Positions 1 to 9,611 of a DNA stretch of 64,000 nt are shown in pieces. Both the position numbers and the translations under genes were made by a program. The notes under the pieces were generated by a model. That model was not told where the DNA came from. It ran no database searches and saw only the letters and a list, made by a program, of their open reading frames with translations. Source of the DNA: Candidatus Limnocylindria bacterium (GTDB taxonomy: Bacteria; Chloroflexota; Limnocylindria; QHBO01); contig JBOGTC010000155.1 in NCBI GenBank assembly GCA_050692055.1, positions 11,798-75,797 on the forward strand. The letters run 5' to 3'. The first letter of the stretch is position 1. Each line of letters begins with the position of its first letter.

Positions 1-359
1 GAGGTCGCGGTGATGTAACCCAGTGGGCCCAGGGCGAACGCGTACCCCACGAGCGTCAACACCATCAGGCCCACCGTGGGCCAATGCGTGGCGCTCTCCT
101 CGGCTGCCGCCAGCTCCAGGAGGTCAGCGTCGGGTCGAACGGTGGTGCGGAGGATGAACAGGCCCGCGACGCCGATGAGGATGACTGCCACGGCCAGCGG
201 GATGGCGGCTGGCCCCACCGCCGAGTAGCCAGCGCCCCGGGCGATCTGGAAGGTGCCGTACAGGACGACGAGCCCCAGCGCCAACAGCGCCACGCCGACC
301 AGGCGCGGGCCGGTGGTCGAGACGCGCCGGCCTGGGCCGGCGTGGCCCTCATCGGTCAT
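1..359 (-). CDS. tctB: TctB-family small membrane subunit of tripartite tricarboxylate transporter (5' part only; gene runs off window start)
   Basis: Own minus-strand translation from ATG at 359: MTDEGHAGPGRRVSTTGPRLVGVALLALGLVVLYGTFQIARGAGYSAVGPAAIPLAVAVILIGVAGLFIL..., with hydrophobic helices. ATGA start/stop overlap with tctC. Absent from the ORF track because no stop lies inside the window. Confidence 0.6.
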   Translation of the reverse strand, partial: MTDEGHAGPGRRVSTTGPRLVGVALLALGLVVLYGTFQIARGAGYSAVGPAAIPLAVAVILIGVAGLFILRTTVRPDADLLELAAAEESATHWPTVGLMVLTLVGYAFALGPLGYITAT

Positions 360-1369
360 TGGATGAGCCCGATGTCGCGCAGCACCTCCTCGATGGTCGT
401 GCGCTCCTCCTCGAGGAAGGAGCTGAACTCGTCGCCGGTCTGTACGAACTCGGTCCAGCCGTTGGACTCGAGCGCTGCCTGCCAACCTTCGCTGGCGACC
501 ATCGCATCGATCATCCCCACGATCGCGTCGCGCTCCGCATCCTCGATGCCGGGGGCCGCCACGACGCCGCGCCAGTTGGACAGCACCACGTCGAGCCCGG
601 CCTCGCTCACGGTTGGCGCATCGATCCCCTCGATGGGCGCGTCGCTGGAGATGGCCAGGAAGCGCATCGCCCCGGCGTCGACCTGGTCGCGGAACTCGCT
701 CACCCCGGAGACGCCGGCCGAGACGGCGCCCGACAGGATGGCCGCCAGCGCCTCGCCACCGCCGGCGTGGGCGACGTAGTTGACGCCTGACGGCTCGATC
801 CCCGCCGCCTGGGCCATCAGGCCCACCAGGACGTGGTCGGTCCCTCCGGCCGAGCCGCCGCCCCAGCTGATCGAGGTCGGATCGGCCGTCCAGTCTGCGA
901 CCAGCTCCTCGAGGGACTGGTACGGCGACTCGGCGGCCACCGCCACCGCCACCCACTCGGTGGTCAGGCTGGCGATGGGCGTGACCTCCTCGAGGGTCAC
1001 CTCTGATTCGTTGGTCAGGATGCCACCGACCATCACCTGGCCCATCACCATGAGCTGGTGCGGATCCCCTGCGTGCTGCTCGACGAACTGGGCGAGGCCG
1101 ATGGTGCCGGCCGCGCCGCCGACGTTCGATACCTCCACGCTCTCGTCGATCACGCCCGCCTGCAGCGCCTCCTGCATGGCGCGCGCGGTGCTGTCCCAGC
1201 CGCCGCCTGGATCGGCCGGCGCCATGATCTCGAGCGTGCCGGTCGGGTAGTCGGCCGCCGCGCCATCGCCGTCACCGGCTGGCGCGCAGGCAGCGGCGAC
1301 CAGGAGCAGGGCTGCTGCGAGCGCAGCCGGTACGGTGCGCCGGCACTGGTCGAGCGATCTGCGGATCAT
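356..1369 (-). CDS. tctC: Tripartite tricarboxylate transporter substrate-binding protein (TctC/Bug family)
   Basis: 337-aa ORF. Lipoprotein-like N-terminus (LLLVAAAC). Sequence has Bug/TctC periplasmic-binding character. SD GGAGGAG upstream. Followed by tctB. Confidence 0.85.
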   Translation of the reverse strand: MIRRSLDQCRRTVPAALAAALLLVAAACAPAGDGDGAAADYPTGTLEIMAPADPGGGWDSTARAMQEALQAGVIDESVEVSNVGGAAGTIGLAQFVEQHAGDPHQLMVMGQVMVGGILTNESEVTLEEVTPIASLTTEWVAVAVAAESPYQSLEELVADWTADPTSISWGGGSAGGTDHVLVGLMAQAAGIEPSGVNYVAHAGGGEALAAILSGAVSAGVSGVSEFRDQVDAGAMRFLAISSDAPIEGIDAPTVSEAGLDVVLSNWRGVVAAPGIEDAERDAIVGMIDAMVASEGWQAALESNGWTEFVQTGDEFSSFLEEERTTIEEVLRDIGLIQ

Positions 1370-1573
1370 CGCCTCTCTCCTCCATCGGCTGCTGTGCTCG
1401 GGACCGCCAGTGTAGCCCCGCTGTCGAGGACTTCCGATATGCTGACGAGGCCCTGATGGACGGTCCCTTCGTCGGGTTCGCCTACATCGCTGCCCGCCGA
1501 TCGCGGATCGCCGCCCGCGCGGAGCGCGGGTCGGGGTCAGCGCGCATCGTGCTGCGCGGCCGGCGCACCTTCC

Positions 1574-1591
1574 GACTGAGCCGGCTCAGTC
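1574..1591. terminator. Perfect 18-bp palindrome GACTGAGCCGGCTCAGTC overlapping the GNAT stop codon
   Basis: Read directly from the sequence. No U-tract, so terminator function is uncertain. Confidence 0.25.
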
Positions 1592-2167
1592 GCCCTCCCA
1601 GCCCCTCGGCGGCTCCTGCGCCTTCCACTCGTCGCGAAGCAGGCCCATGACGTGCACGTCGTGGTGCTCGGCGCGCGCGAAGTGGGCGCGGCGCAGCGTA
1701 CCCTCGTGGACGAAGCCGGCCTTCTCATAGGATCGACGGCCCCGCTCGTTGCCGGCGTAGACGTGGAGCTGAATGCGCTCCAGGCGAAGCTCGCCGAAGC
1801 CGAAGTCGCAGATCGCGCGCAGCGCATCGGTTCCGTAGCCCTTGCCCCACTCGTCCTTCTCGCCGATCGCGATCCCGAACTCGGCGCTCCCGTTCTCGAG
1901 GTCGAGGCCATGGAGGCCGATGGTGCCGATGGCGTGGCCGTCAGCCAGCAGGCAGATGACGAAGAGGTAATCGGTCTTGCCCTGGTTGGCGAGCATGCGG
2001 TCGAACCAGCCTTCCTCCGCTGCCTGGCTCATCGGCGCGCGCATGGCGAGATTGCGCAGCACGTCGGCATCGTTGAACCAGCGCACGAAGCTCGGCACAT
2101 CGTCGCGCTCGGCCGGGCGCAGATAGACGTGCTCGCCGCGGATGATCGGCGTTCGGCTGTCGTTCAT
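1586..2167 (-). CDS. GNAT family N-acetyltransferase (RimJ/RimL-like)
   Basis: 193-aa ORF with GNAT core motifs (IGEKDEWGKGYGTDALRAI, RSYEKAGF). Confidence 0.85.
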   Translation of the reverse strand: MNDSRTPIIRGEHVYLRPAERDDVPSFVRWFNDADVLRNLAMRAPMSQAAEEGWFDRMLANQGKTDYLFVICLLADGHAIGTIGLHGLDLENGSAEFGIAIGEKDEWGKGYGTDALRAICDFGFGELRLERIQLHVYAGNERGRRSYEKAGFVHEGTLRRAHFARAEHHDVHVMGLLRDEWKAQEPPRGWEGD

Positions 2168-2228
2168 CGGTCCATCCGCTAGGCTTCGAAGCTCCCGAGC
2201 CCGAGTCTACCAAGGAGGACCGATACCG

Positions 2229-2672
2229 ATGGCCGCCGTCCGTACCGCAACCGTCACCTGGTCCGGCGACCTTGCCACTGGCAGCGGCACTGCCAGCGCC
2301 GGCACCAGCGGGCTCTTCACCGATCTGCCCGTCTCGTGGGCGTCGCGCACCGAGGCGCCCGGTGGCCGAACCTCGCCTGAGGAGCTGTTGGCCGCCGCCC
2401 ACGCCTCGTGCTATGCCATGGCGCTGTCCGGCGGCCTGGCTCGCGCCGGCACGCCGCCCGAGCACCTCCACGTCGAGGCGGAGGTGACCTTCGACAAGGT
2501 CGGCGATGCGTGGCGCGTGGTCTCCTCGCGGCTGATCGTGCTCGGCAGGGTTCCGGGCGCCACGCACGATGGCTTCTCCGCCGCCGCCGAGACGGCCAAG
2601 GACGGCTGCCCGATCTCCCAGGCCCTGCGTGGCAACGTCGAGCTCTCCGTGGAGCCAACCCTCGAGGAGTAG
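2229..2672 (+). CDS. osmC: OsmC family peroxiredoxin
   Basis: In-frame ATG at 2229 preceded by AAGGAGG. OsmC/Ohr-type Cys pair present (HASCYAM and KDGCPIS). Confidence 0.85.
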   Translation: MAAVRTATVTWSGDLATGSGTASAGTSGLFTDLPVSWASRTEAPGGRTSPEELLAAAHASCYAMALSGGLARAGTPPEHLHVEAEVTFDKVGDAWRVVSSRLIVLGRVPGATHDGFSAAAETAKDGCPISQALRGNVELSVEPTLEE

Positions 2673-2674
2673 GT

Positions 2675-4264
2675 TCAGCGGATGGCGTCGAGGATCTCGG
2701 GGGCGAGGCCGGCGTAGCGCTCGAGGAACTCCACGCGCTCGCGCTTGAAGCGTTCCACCCACGCACGGTACGCATCCAGGCGGCCGGTCCGCTCGTAGAG
2801 GCGCCTTGGCTGAAGCTTCTCCGGATCCGATACGCCGGGGACCGCTGATGCGACCTCGTAGCCGAAGTCGGGATCGCCCTCCCAGGTGATCGTCCCTTCG
2901 GCGATGGCCTCCACGATGGCGCCCGAATCCTCGATCGCGATCTTTTTCGAGGCATCGTCCTCATCGGTCCCGCCGACGCGGCCGGTGTTGAGCAGATAGA
3001 CCTCGAAATCGGTTGAGGCCATGAGCTCCAGGAAGCGGTTGGCCTGCATCTCGTCGCGCAGCGGGAAGAACGGGTTCGTCCCGGGCACGCGCAGCGCCTT
3101 GCCCTCCTCGGCGGCGCCGCCGGCCGAGGTGCCCTGCGTCTCGCCGAGCATGAAGTAGGCGGCCGCCTGCTCCGGCGCCAGGCGTGCGACGCCGGGGATG
3201 ATGTTGTCGTTGCGATTCAGGATCAGCAGGTAATCGACCGGGCCGATCTCGCGCGGGTCGCGCCAGATGCCCAGCGACTCCATGGGAAACGTCGCGCGGC
3301 CGTTCTTGGTGTACGAGGTGTCGAAGAAGTCGACATCGCCGCCGGCCTTGGCCTGCGAGACGTTCTCGAGGTAGGCGTCCGGCTTGACGACCGCGCCGTG
3401 GATCGCCGGCTCGTGCCGTGGATCGAGCCCGAACGTCTTGGCGAAGCAGCCGTTTTCGGTCCCGACCACGTGGCCGCCGGGGAAGAGGCCGATGAAATCG
3501 TCCTGCACCGGCTGCGAGTCGTTCTGTCGGGTAAAGGTCGTGGTGGTCTTGCCCGTGCCCGAGAGGCCGATGATGAGCATCGTCTTCTCGCCGCCGTCGG
3601 TCGGGATCACCTTGCAGCCGGCGTGCATGGCGAGGCCGCCCGCGGCATACACGCGCTCGTTCCACATCCGCAAGCCGCCCTTCTTGGACTCGCCGAAGTA
3701 ATCGGAGTTGAAGACGCGGCTGATGCCGGCCTCCAGGTCGACCGCGATGAGTCGCTCGTCGGGATAGCCGGGCATCGGCAGGTTGGGCGTGTAGATCATC
3801 ACCAGCTCCGGCTCCCACTCCTCGCCGGCCGAGTCGGGCGGGAAGTACAGGTGGCGCTGCATACCGGCGATGTTGGCGTTGGCCTCCTCGATGTACAGGC
3901 GCGCCCGCGCCCGATACTTCGGGTCGTTGCCGATGTACCCGTCCACCACGACCATTGGCTGCCGCGCGATGTGCTCGTCCTGCAGGCCGGCCACGCGCTC
4001 GTACTCGTCGCGCCTGATGGACTTGCCGGTGGTGATCGACGGGTCGTCGGTGACGAGATAGGTCGAGCCCGCGGACCGGCTGGTCGCGCGGGTCTGGACG
4101 TTGTAGTTGCCGAAGCTGGTGCGCCGCGCCTGCGGCATGCGACTGGTCAGCTCCTGCAGCTCCTCGGCGGAGGGATTGAATCGGACCGATGCGCCTGTGG
4201 CCAGGCGCTCTCCCTTCGGACCAAGGGGCGCAGCCGCTGCTGGCGGGTCGGCGAGCATGCTCAT
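2675..4264 (-). CDS. pckA: Phosphoenolpyruvate carboxykinase (ATP)
   Basis: P-loop GLSGTGKTT and overall ATP-PEPCK sequence. Start set at ATG 4264, with AAGGAG 8 nt upstream. The Arg-rich upstream extension in the track is rejected. Confidence 0.9.
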   Translation of the reverse strand: MSMLADPPAAAAPLGPKGERLATGASVRFNPSAEELQELTSRMPQARRTSFGNYNVQTRATSRSAGSTYLVTDDPSITTGKSIRRDEYERVAGLQDEHIARQPMVVVDGYIGNDPKYRARARLYIEEANANIAGMQRHLYFPPDSAGEEWEPELVMIYTPNLPMPGYPDERLIAVDLEAGISRVFNSDYFGESKKGGLRMWNERVYAAGGLAMHAGCKVIPTDGGEKTMLIIGLSGTGKTTTTFTRQNDSQPVQDDFIGLFPGGHVVGTENGCFAKTFGLDPRHEPAIHGAVVKPDAYLENVSQAKAGGDVDFFDTSYTKNGRATFPMESLGIWRDPREIGPVDYLLILNRNDNIIPGVARLAPEQAAAYFMLGETQGTSAGGAAEEGKALRVPGTNPFFPLRDEMQANRFLELMASTDFEVYLLNTGRVGGTDEDDASKKIAIEDSGAIVEAIAEGTITWEGDPDFGYEVASAVPGVSDPEKLQPRRLYERTGRLDAYRAWVERFKRERVEFLERYAGLAPEILDAIR

Positions 4265-4381
4265 GACGGCTGGATCTCCTTTGCTCGGGGCGGGTCGGGC
4301 GGAGCGAAGCCGGTGCCGGGCGGGCGCCGGAACGCGAATGTTCACCCAGATCGTACCAAGATCCGCTCCGCGAGCGGCCGA

Positions 4382-4948
4382 TCAGACGCCCTCGAACGGC
4401 GCCGGATAGACGATTCGCCCGTTGGATACCACGTCCGCGCCCGGTCGATCGCGGACCTGGAAGATGTCGTCGGGAACGTCGTAAGGGCCGCTGATGCCGG
4501 ACTCGGTCGCCGCGCGAAACCCGAATCGACCGAAGAAGGCGGGACTGCCGAGGACGACCGTGATCCGCTCATCGCGCCCGTCGGCCTGCTCGAGCACGGC
4601 TCGGACGAGGGCGCTGCCGATCCCCTGGTCGCGGTACGGCGCCAGCACCGCGACCGGCGCGAGCGCCAGGACGTCGCGTCGCTGCTGGTCGTCGGCCTCG
4701 GGCTCGAAGGAGACGAGGCTGACCAGGACGTGGCCGAGCACGCTGCCGTCGCCGGTGACGGCGACGAGCGAAAGCTCCGGGATGAAACCGGCCGACGAGC
4801 GCACCGCGTCGACGAGCTCCGCTTCGGCCGGCGTCGGGAAGCACGACCGGTGCAGCTCGTTGATCTGGTCGAGGTCGATCGGCTGCTCGGGGCGGATCGC
4901 CCATGCCGGGCTCTCGACCTCCGGCTCCGGCAGGGAGGCCATGTTCAT
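4382..4948 (-). CDS. GNAT family N-acetyltransferase
   Basis: The C-terminal 188 aa of ORF 4382..5311 (MNMASLPEP...) carry a GNAT core (VAVLAPYRDQGIGSALV). The N-terminal 121 aa of the track ORF are Arg/Gly-rich and look non-coding. Confidence 0.75.
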   Translation of the reverse strand: MNMASLPEPEVESPAWAIRPEQPIDLDQINELHRSCFPTPAEAELVDAVRSSAGFIPELSLVAVTGDGSVLGHVLVSLVSFEPEADDQQRRDVLALAPVAVLAPYRDQGIGSALVRAVLEQADGRDERITVVLGSPAFFGRFGFRAATESGISGPYDVPDDIFQVRDRPGADVVSNGRIVYPAPFEGV

Positions 4949-4986
4949 GGAACTCAACGAAGCACGTTCCGCGCCAAGGTGGCGCG

Positions 4987-6099
4987 TCAGCCGCCGATGC
5001 CGGTGAGTGCCCACAGGTCGCCGAACCGCGCCGCGCCATCCCTGCCGCCGAAGAGCAGCAGCCGGCCGCGGGCGGCGTCGCGAATGAGCTCGGCGCCCGC
5101 CCGCCCAGCCGGACCTTCGCCGGCGACCTCCATCGCGATCGCGCCGTCCGACCCGTCGTCGAAGCGCCACAGGTCGGCAAGGTATCCCTCTTCGAGGTCC
5201 TGTCCTCCGAACACGACGGTGGCGCCGTCCAGCCGCGTCCTCGCGTACAGGTTGCGATCCGGCGGCAGCGTGCCCTCGCGCCTGGTCCATGCCCCGTCCT
5301 GCAGCGCCCACAGGTCGCCGAGCGCCGTCACCCCGGTCGTCTGGCCGGCATACAGGGCCAGTCTTCCGTCATCGGTCCACCAGCAGCCGTGGAGGCAACG
5401 ATCGACCGGACGGCCGCCGTCGGCGGGCGTCTCATCGGTCCAGGTGCCGGACGTGAAGTCGTAGGCGACCGTGTCGGAGAACCGCCCCTGGTCCGACGTG
5501 AAGCCGTGGCTGATCCAGAGCCGTCCGTCGGTGCCGATGTCCGCGCAGCTTCCGTAGCGCTGGGCGGGCACGGCGCCGGCCGCCGGAAGCTCGGTCCAGG
5601 CATTCGTCTCGGGCGCGTACGACCACAGGTCATTGAAGAAGGTGGTCCCGGCCTGCCCGAAGACGATGACCAGGCCGATGCCCTCCACCCACTCCGCCTC
5701 GTGCCCGAAGCGCGCCGCCGGCGCCGGCGCCGGAGCCGGCAGCTCCGACCAGGCATCCGCGGCCAGGTCGTAGGCCCACAGGTCGCCGAAGACGGTGTCG
5801 CCGTCGCGCCCGCCGAACAGGTAGGCGATCTCCCCAGTGCCGTCGACCGTCCACGTGTGATCCTCGCGCGCCGTCGGGCCGCCCGCGACCGTGAGCTGCG
5901 CCCACGACGCGGGCTCCGGCGCCGCCTCAACGGTGGGTGAAGGACCCGGCGTGCCGCTGGCGGTCGCCATCGGCTGCTCGGTGGAGGTCGGGCTCGGGCG
6001 CTCGGTGCCGCCCGTCATCGGCGCAGACGGCGAGGCGCCCGGCTGGCTGCAGGCGGCCAGGAGGAGGAGGAGGACGAGAAGCGCAACGCGGGCCGGCAT
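4987..6099 (-). CDS. Kelch-repeat lipoprotein
   Basis: 370-aa ORF with lipobox LLLAAC. Repeated Kelch-like units (FGG.. / DLW.YD......W.EL). Confidence 0.7.
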   Translation of the reverse strand: MPARVALLVLLLLLAACSQPGASPSAPMTGGTERPSPTSTEQPMATASGTPGPSPTVEAAPEPASWAQLTVAGGPTAREDHTWTVDGTGEIAYLFGGRDGDTVFGDLWAYDLAADAWSELPAPAPAPAARFGHEAEWVEGIGLVIVFGQAGTTFFNDLWSYAPETNAWTELPAAGAVPAQRYGSCADIGTDGRLWISHGFTSDQGRFSDTVAYDFTSGTWTDETPADGGRPVDRCLHGCWWTDDGRLALYAGQTTGVTALGDLWALQDGAWTRREGTLPPDRNLYARTRLDGATVVFGGQDLEEGYLADLWRFDDGSDGAIAMEVAGEGPAGRAGAELIRDAARGRLLLFGGRDGAARFGDLWALTGIGG

Positions 6100-6165
6100 G
6101 TGACCCGCACCATAGCAATGGCCCCATGACGGACCGATGACGGCCGGCTCCCCGGCCGCAACGTG

Positions 6166-6975
6166 TCAGCCGCGTGCCTCGGGCGCGAGATGCCGATACA
6201 GCTCGGGGCGCCTGTTGCTCAGGGCAGGCTCCTGGTCGCGCTCGGCGGCGCCCTGGCGCAGGTCGACCTCGGCGATGATCGTCCCGGTGGCGTCACTGAC
6301 GGCCTCAGCCACGACCTCGCCGCGAGGGTTGACGATCATGCTGCGGCCGCACCACGTGGTCACCCCGTCGTCTCCGACCAGGTTCGCGGCAGCCACGAAC
6401 ACCTGGTTGTCCTGCGCGCGGGCCCGAGTGCGCAGCTCGAGGAGATACTCGTAGCCCACCGGCACGGCCGATGGAATCGCGACCAGCTCGGCGCCACGCA
6501 GCGCGAGCTCTGTGAAGACCTCGGGGAACGCGTGCTCGAAGCAGATCGCCAGGCCAACCCGCATCGCTCCCAGCCCGGCGACGACGAGCTCCTCCCCAGA
6601 CGCGAAGTAGCGACGCTCGGCCGGGTACAGGTGCGTCTTGCGGTAGCGTCCCACGAGGTGCCCTTCAGCTCCGATCACGAGGGCCGTGTCATAGACCTGC
6701 CCGTCGGCGCGCTCGAGGATCGTGCCGATGACGCCGACCCCTGCGTCGGCCGCGGCGCGGGAGAGACGGCGCACCGTCGGGCCATCCGGGATCGGCTCTG
6801 CCATTGCCGCGTGCTCGAAGCCCTCGCGGCGGTATCCGGTGCTGAACAGCTCGGGGAAGATGACCAGCTCGGCGCGGCCGGCAAGCGAGTGGATCATGGC
6901 TTCCGCATCCGCCAGGTTCGCCTGCAGCTCGCCCACGCGCGGCGCGGTCTGCGCCACCGCCACCCTGGCGCTCAC
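6166..6975 (-). CDS. Carbon-nitrogen hydrolase (nitrilase superfamily)
   Basis: Glu-Lys-Cys triad contexts present: FPELF, RKTHLY, LAICFE. Confidence 0.85.
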   Translation of the reverse strand: MSARVAVAQTAPRVGELQANLADAEAMIHSLAGRAELVIFPELFSTGYRREGFEHAAMAEPIPDGPTVRRLSRAAADAGVGVIGTILERADGQVYDTALVIGAEGHLVGRYRKTHLYPAERRYFASGEELVVAGLGAMRVGLAICFEHAFPEVFTELALRGAELVAIPSAVPVGYEYLLELRTRARAQDNQVFVAAANLVGDDGVTTWCGRSMIVNPRGEVVAEAVSDATGTIIAEVDLRQGAAERDQEPALSNRRPELYRHLAPEARG

Positions 6976-8129
6976 GCGATCGTCTCCGCGGCCTCGCCGA
7001 TCGCCTCGCCGCTGGAGCGGCGGATGACCAGCTCGGTGGGCAGGACGATGCGCGCCGTCTCGACGCGCCGTCCTTCGATGCGATCGATCACCATCCGAGC
7101 CGCGAGCCTGCCGAGCTGCTCGCGCGGCTGGCGGACCGCCGTCAGCGGGACAGACAGCACGGCGGCCGGCGGGTCGTCATCGAAGCTCGCGACGGCGAGC
7201 TGGTCCGGCACGCGCAGCCCGAGCTGCTCGGCGGCCTCGAGCACGTCGGCCGCAAGGTAGTCGTGCAGCGTGAAGACGGCGGTCGGTTGCTGGCGCTCGA
7301 GGAAGCGGGCGATGCGCGTGGCATGGCCCTTCACGCCGGCGGTGACGTCCCGCGGCCAGCGGATCGTGACCGCGAGCTCCGCGCACACCAGGCGGTCGTC
7401 GGCCGGGATGCCGTGCGCGAGCAACGCCTGCTCGTATCCCTGGAGCCGCTCGGCGACGGAGGTCGTGGTCAGGTTGTCGGTGCTGACGAAGGCGATGCGC
7501 CGATGGCCGAGCTGCGCCAGATGGGATACCGCCGCGTAGGCGCCGCCCACGTTGTCCGGCTGGACGGCGTCAATCGCCAGCCCGACCAGGTGCCGGTCGA
7601 TGAGGACGACCGGGAAGCCTGTCTCGACGAGATGGGCGAAGAGCGACGGATCCGGCTCGTAGTCCACCGGGTACACGACCAGGCCGCTCGCGCCCTCGTC
7701 CAGGATGCGATGGATGCGTCCTGCCTGCTGCTCGCGCGTCGATCCGCCACTGCCAACGAGCATGGCGTATCCGCACGAGTGCAGCTCATCCTCGAGCCAG
7801 CCGAGAAGATCCGGCACGTAGGGCTGGGCCACCGATGGGACCACCACCCCGACCACGCGTCGGCGGGCCTCGGGCCGGTTCGGGGATCCGTGCGTCACGA
7901 AGTTGCCGCGGCCCGGAACGGCCTCGATCAGCCCGTCGTCTCGCAGGGCGCGCAGCGCCTGGCGCAGCGTGCCGCGGCTCACCCCGAGCCGGGTGGCGAG
8001 ATCGGTCTCGGCCGGCAGGCGCGTGCCCGGGCCGTACCGGCCCTGCTCGATGGCCGCCGTCAACGCGCTCGCGATGCGGCGGTGGGCGGGAAGGCGCTCG
8101 GACGGCGGCGCAGGATCCCCGGTGCTCAT
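6972..8129 (-). CDS. AraR-like chimeric regulator (GntR-type wHTH plus LacI/PBP1 sugar-binding domain)
   Basis: N-terminus TDLATRLGVSRGTLRQALRALRDDGLI (GntR HTH) followed by a LacI-type periplasmic-binding fold. Start at ATG 8129. Divergent from the sugar ABC operon. Confidence 0.8.
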   Translation of the reverse strand: MSTGDPAPPSERLPAHRRIASALTAAIEQGRYGPGTRLPAETDLATRLGVSRGTLRQALRALRDDGLIEAVPGRGNFVTHGSPNRPEARRRVVGVVVPSVAQPYVPDLLGWLEDELHSCGYAMLVGSGGSTREQQAGRIHRILDEGASGLVVYPVDYEPDPSLFAHLVETGFPVVLIDRHLVGLAIDAVQPDNVGGAYAAVSHLAQLGHRRIAFVSTDNLTTTSVAERLQGYEQALLAHGIPADDRLVCAELAVTIRWPRDVTAGVKGHATRIARFLERQQPTAVFTLHDYLAADVLEAAEQLGLRVPDQLAVASFDDDPPAAVLSVPLTAVRQPREQLGRLAARMVIDRIEGRRVETARIVLPTELVIRRSSGEAIGEAAETIA

Positions 8130-8135
8130 GGGCGC

Positions 8136-8141
8136 AGTATA
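8136..8141 (-). promoter_or_regulatory. -10 box TATACT, 6 nt upstream of the ATG of the AraR-like regulator (leaderless layout)
   Basis: Minus strand reads cTATACTgcgcccATG. Confidence 0.4.
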
Positions 8142-8212
8142 GACCGCGCTGGCCGAGAGGCAAGCATGGTTGCTTCCTGTGTTCGCGTCCCTCTGGCATC
8201 CGGCCTCGACAG

Positions 8213-8236
8213 GCGGTATAGTCCGGCCTATACTGC
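8213..8236. promoter_or_regulatory. Inverted repeat GCgGTATAG-N6-CTATACtGC (candidate GntR-type operator) overlapping the TATACT -10 box of the ABC operon
   Basis: GTATAG at 8216-8221 and CTATAC at 8228-8233 are perfect complements. TATACT at 8229-8234 lies 41 nt upstream of ATG 8276. Confidence 0.4.
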
Positions 8237-8275
8237 CGTTCCAAGAGAACACCGCTGCGCATAGGGAGGGCGATC

Positions 8276-9589
8276 ATGGCTCGTGGCTCGACGTCCCGGC
8301 GGCCGTTGCAGGCACTGTCGCTGGCTCTGTTGCTCATCGTGACGGCTTGCACCGGGGGCAATGGCACCAGTCCTCCGCCGGCCGACGGAGTGGATGGCGA
8401 CGTATCGGGCAGCATCAGGGTGGTGCACGCCTGGGCCGGCGCCGAGGGGGAGGCCTTCCAGGCCGTGGTAGATGGATTCACCGACGCCAACGACGTCGAG
8501 GTCGACCTGGTCCAGATTCCGTTCGACGAGCTCAACTCGCAGATGGTCCAGCAGTTCGCCGCGGGCACGCCGCCCGATGTCGTCAGCACGCTGCCCGGCC
8601 TGATTCACTCGCTGGCGGCGCAGGACCTCCTGATGCCGATCGACGACGTGTGGGATCGGTGGGTCGCAGACGGCGAGTACTCGGAGGCCTTCCGCACGAT
8701 CGCGTCGCACGAGGGCACGGCCTACGGCGTCTTCTTCAAGGGCAACATCAACGGGCTGATCTGGCATCGCAATGACACGCTCGACGAGCTCGGCATCAGC
8801 CAGCCGGGCAGCTGGGAGGAGTTCACCGCCGCGCTCGACGACATCCAGGCCGATGGCACATACCAGCCCTTCGCGGTGGGCGCGGCAGACGTCTGGGTGC
8901 CGACGCAGTGGAGCGATGCGTTCGTGGCCAAGGTTGCCGGGGCCGAGGTGTTCAACGGCCTGATCGACGGCTCGGTGAGCTGGGACGACCCCGCGGTCGT
9001 CGACGCCTTCACCCAGTTCAGCGACTTCATCCAGGCCTACTGGCCGGACGACGCGCTCAACGTTGGCTTCACCGACGCGAACTGCGCCTGGGCCAGCGAG
9101 GGCCAGGCGGTCTACCAGAACCAGGGCGCCTTCGTCAACCTGACCACGCCGGCCAACTGCGGCGAGGAGCTTGACCCCGAGAGCGACTTCACGTTCTTCG
9201 AGATGCCTGCTCCGAACCCTGATTTCGGCGACGTGCGCTTCGTGTCCGGCGATCTCTTCAGCGTGGCACAGGCGACCGACAACCCGGATGCGGCCACGGC
9301 GTTCGTGGCCTACCTGGGCTCCGCCGAGGCGCAGGCGATCTGGGCCGAGCGCGGGGGGTTCATCGCGCCGAACGCCACGACCGATACCTCGGTCTATCCC
9401 ACGGAGAACGACCGCAAGGCGGCCGAGCTGTTCACCGCGGGCACCGCGGTGTACGACCTCGACGATGCCATCGGCGGCGAGATCCAGTCGGTGGAGCGGG
9501 AGGAGCTCGCGAACCTGATCGGCTCGGGCGACGTGGATGCCTTCATCCAGGCCATGGTCGACGTGACCGAACGGGTGCGCGGCGGCTGA
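8276..9589 (+). CDS. ABC transporter extracellular sugar-binding protein (family 1)
   Basis: 437-aa ORF. Lipoprotein signal (LLLIVTAC). SD GGGAGGG upstream. Followed by two permease genes. Confidence 0.85.
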   Translation: MARGSTSRRPLQALSLALLLIVTACTGGNGTSPPPADGVDGDVSGSIRVVHAWAGAEGEAFQAVVDGFTDANDVEVDLVQIPFDELNSQMVQQFAAGTPPDVVSTLPGLIHSLAAQDLLMPIDDVWDRWVADGEYSEAFRTIASHEGTAYGVFFKGNINGLIWHRNDTLDELGISQPGSWEEFTAALDDIQADGTYQPFAVGAADVWVPTQWSDAFVAKVAGAEVFNGLIDGSVSWDDPAVVDAFTQFSDFIQAYWPDDALNVGFTDANCAWASEGQAVYQNQGAFVNLTTPANCGEELDPESDFTFFEMPAPNPDFGDVRFVSGDLFSVAQATDNPDAATAFVAYLGSAEAQAIWAERGGFIAPNATTDTSVYPTENDRKAAELFTAGTAVYDLDDAIGGEIQSVEREELANLIGSGDVDAFIQAMVDVTERVRGG

Positions 9590-9611
9590 GCCGACTCGGC
9601 ATCATCCGTCC

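Noticed and set aside
4949-5311. Long N-terminal extensions offered by the ORF track (for example GNAT 4382..5311, M20 39654..41315, ArsR 61312..62184, sufD 25711, rsgA 18445).
   Set aside because: The extensions are Arg-rich and low-complexity, and they overlap neighbouring genes or promoters. Internal starts with SD boxes, -10 boxes or ATGA coupling fit better.
3398-5464. Very long ORFs antisense to real genes: 3398..5464 (688 aa), 11839..13461 (540 aa), 14571..16343 (590 aa), 35632..37614 (660 aa), 54293..55945 (550 aa), 39927..41477, 50177..51640 and 27774..28910.
   Set aside because: These are Arg/Ala/Gly/Pro-rich translations typical of shadow frames in very GC-rich DNA. Each lies opposite a gene with clear family motifs, and none has a recognisable motif of its own.
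6137-6454. ORF 6137..6454, whose ATG lies inside a GGACCGATG copy.
   Set aside because: It is antisense to the well-supported nitrilase-family gene, and its translation is Ser/Arg/Ala-rich with no motifs.
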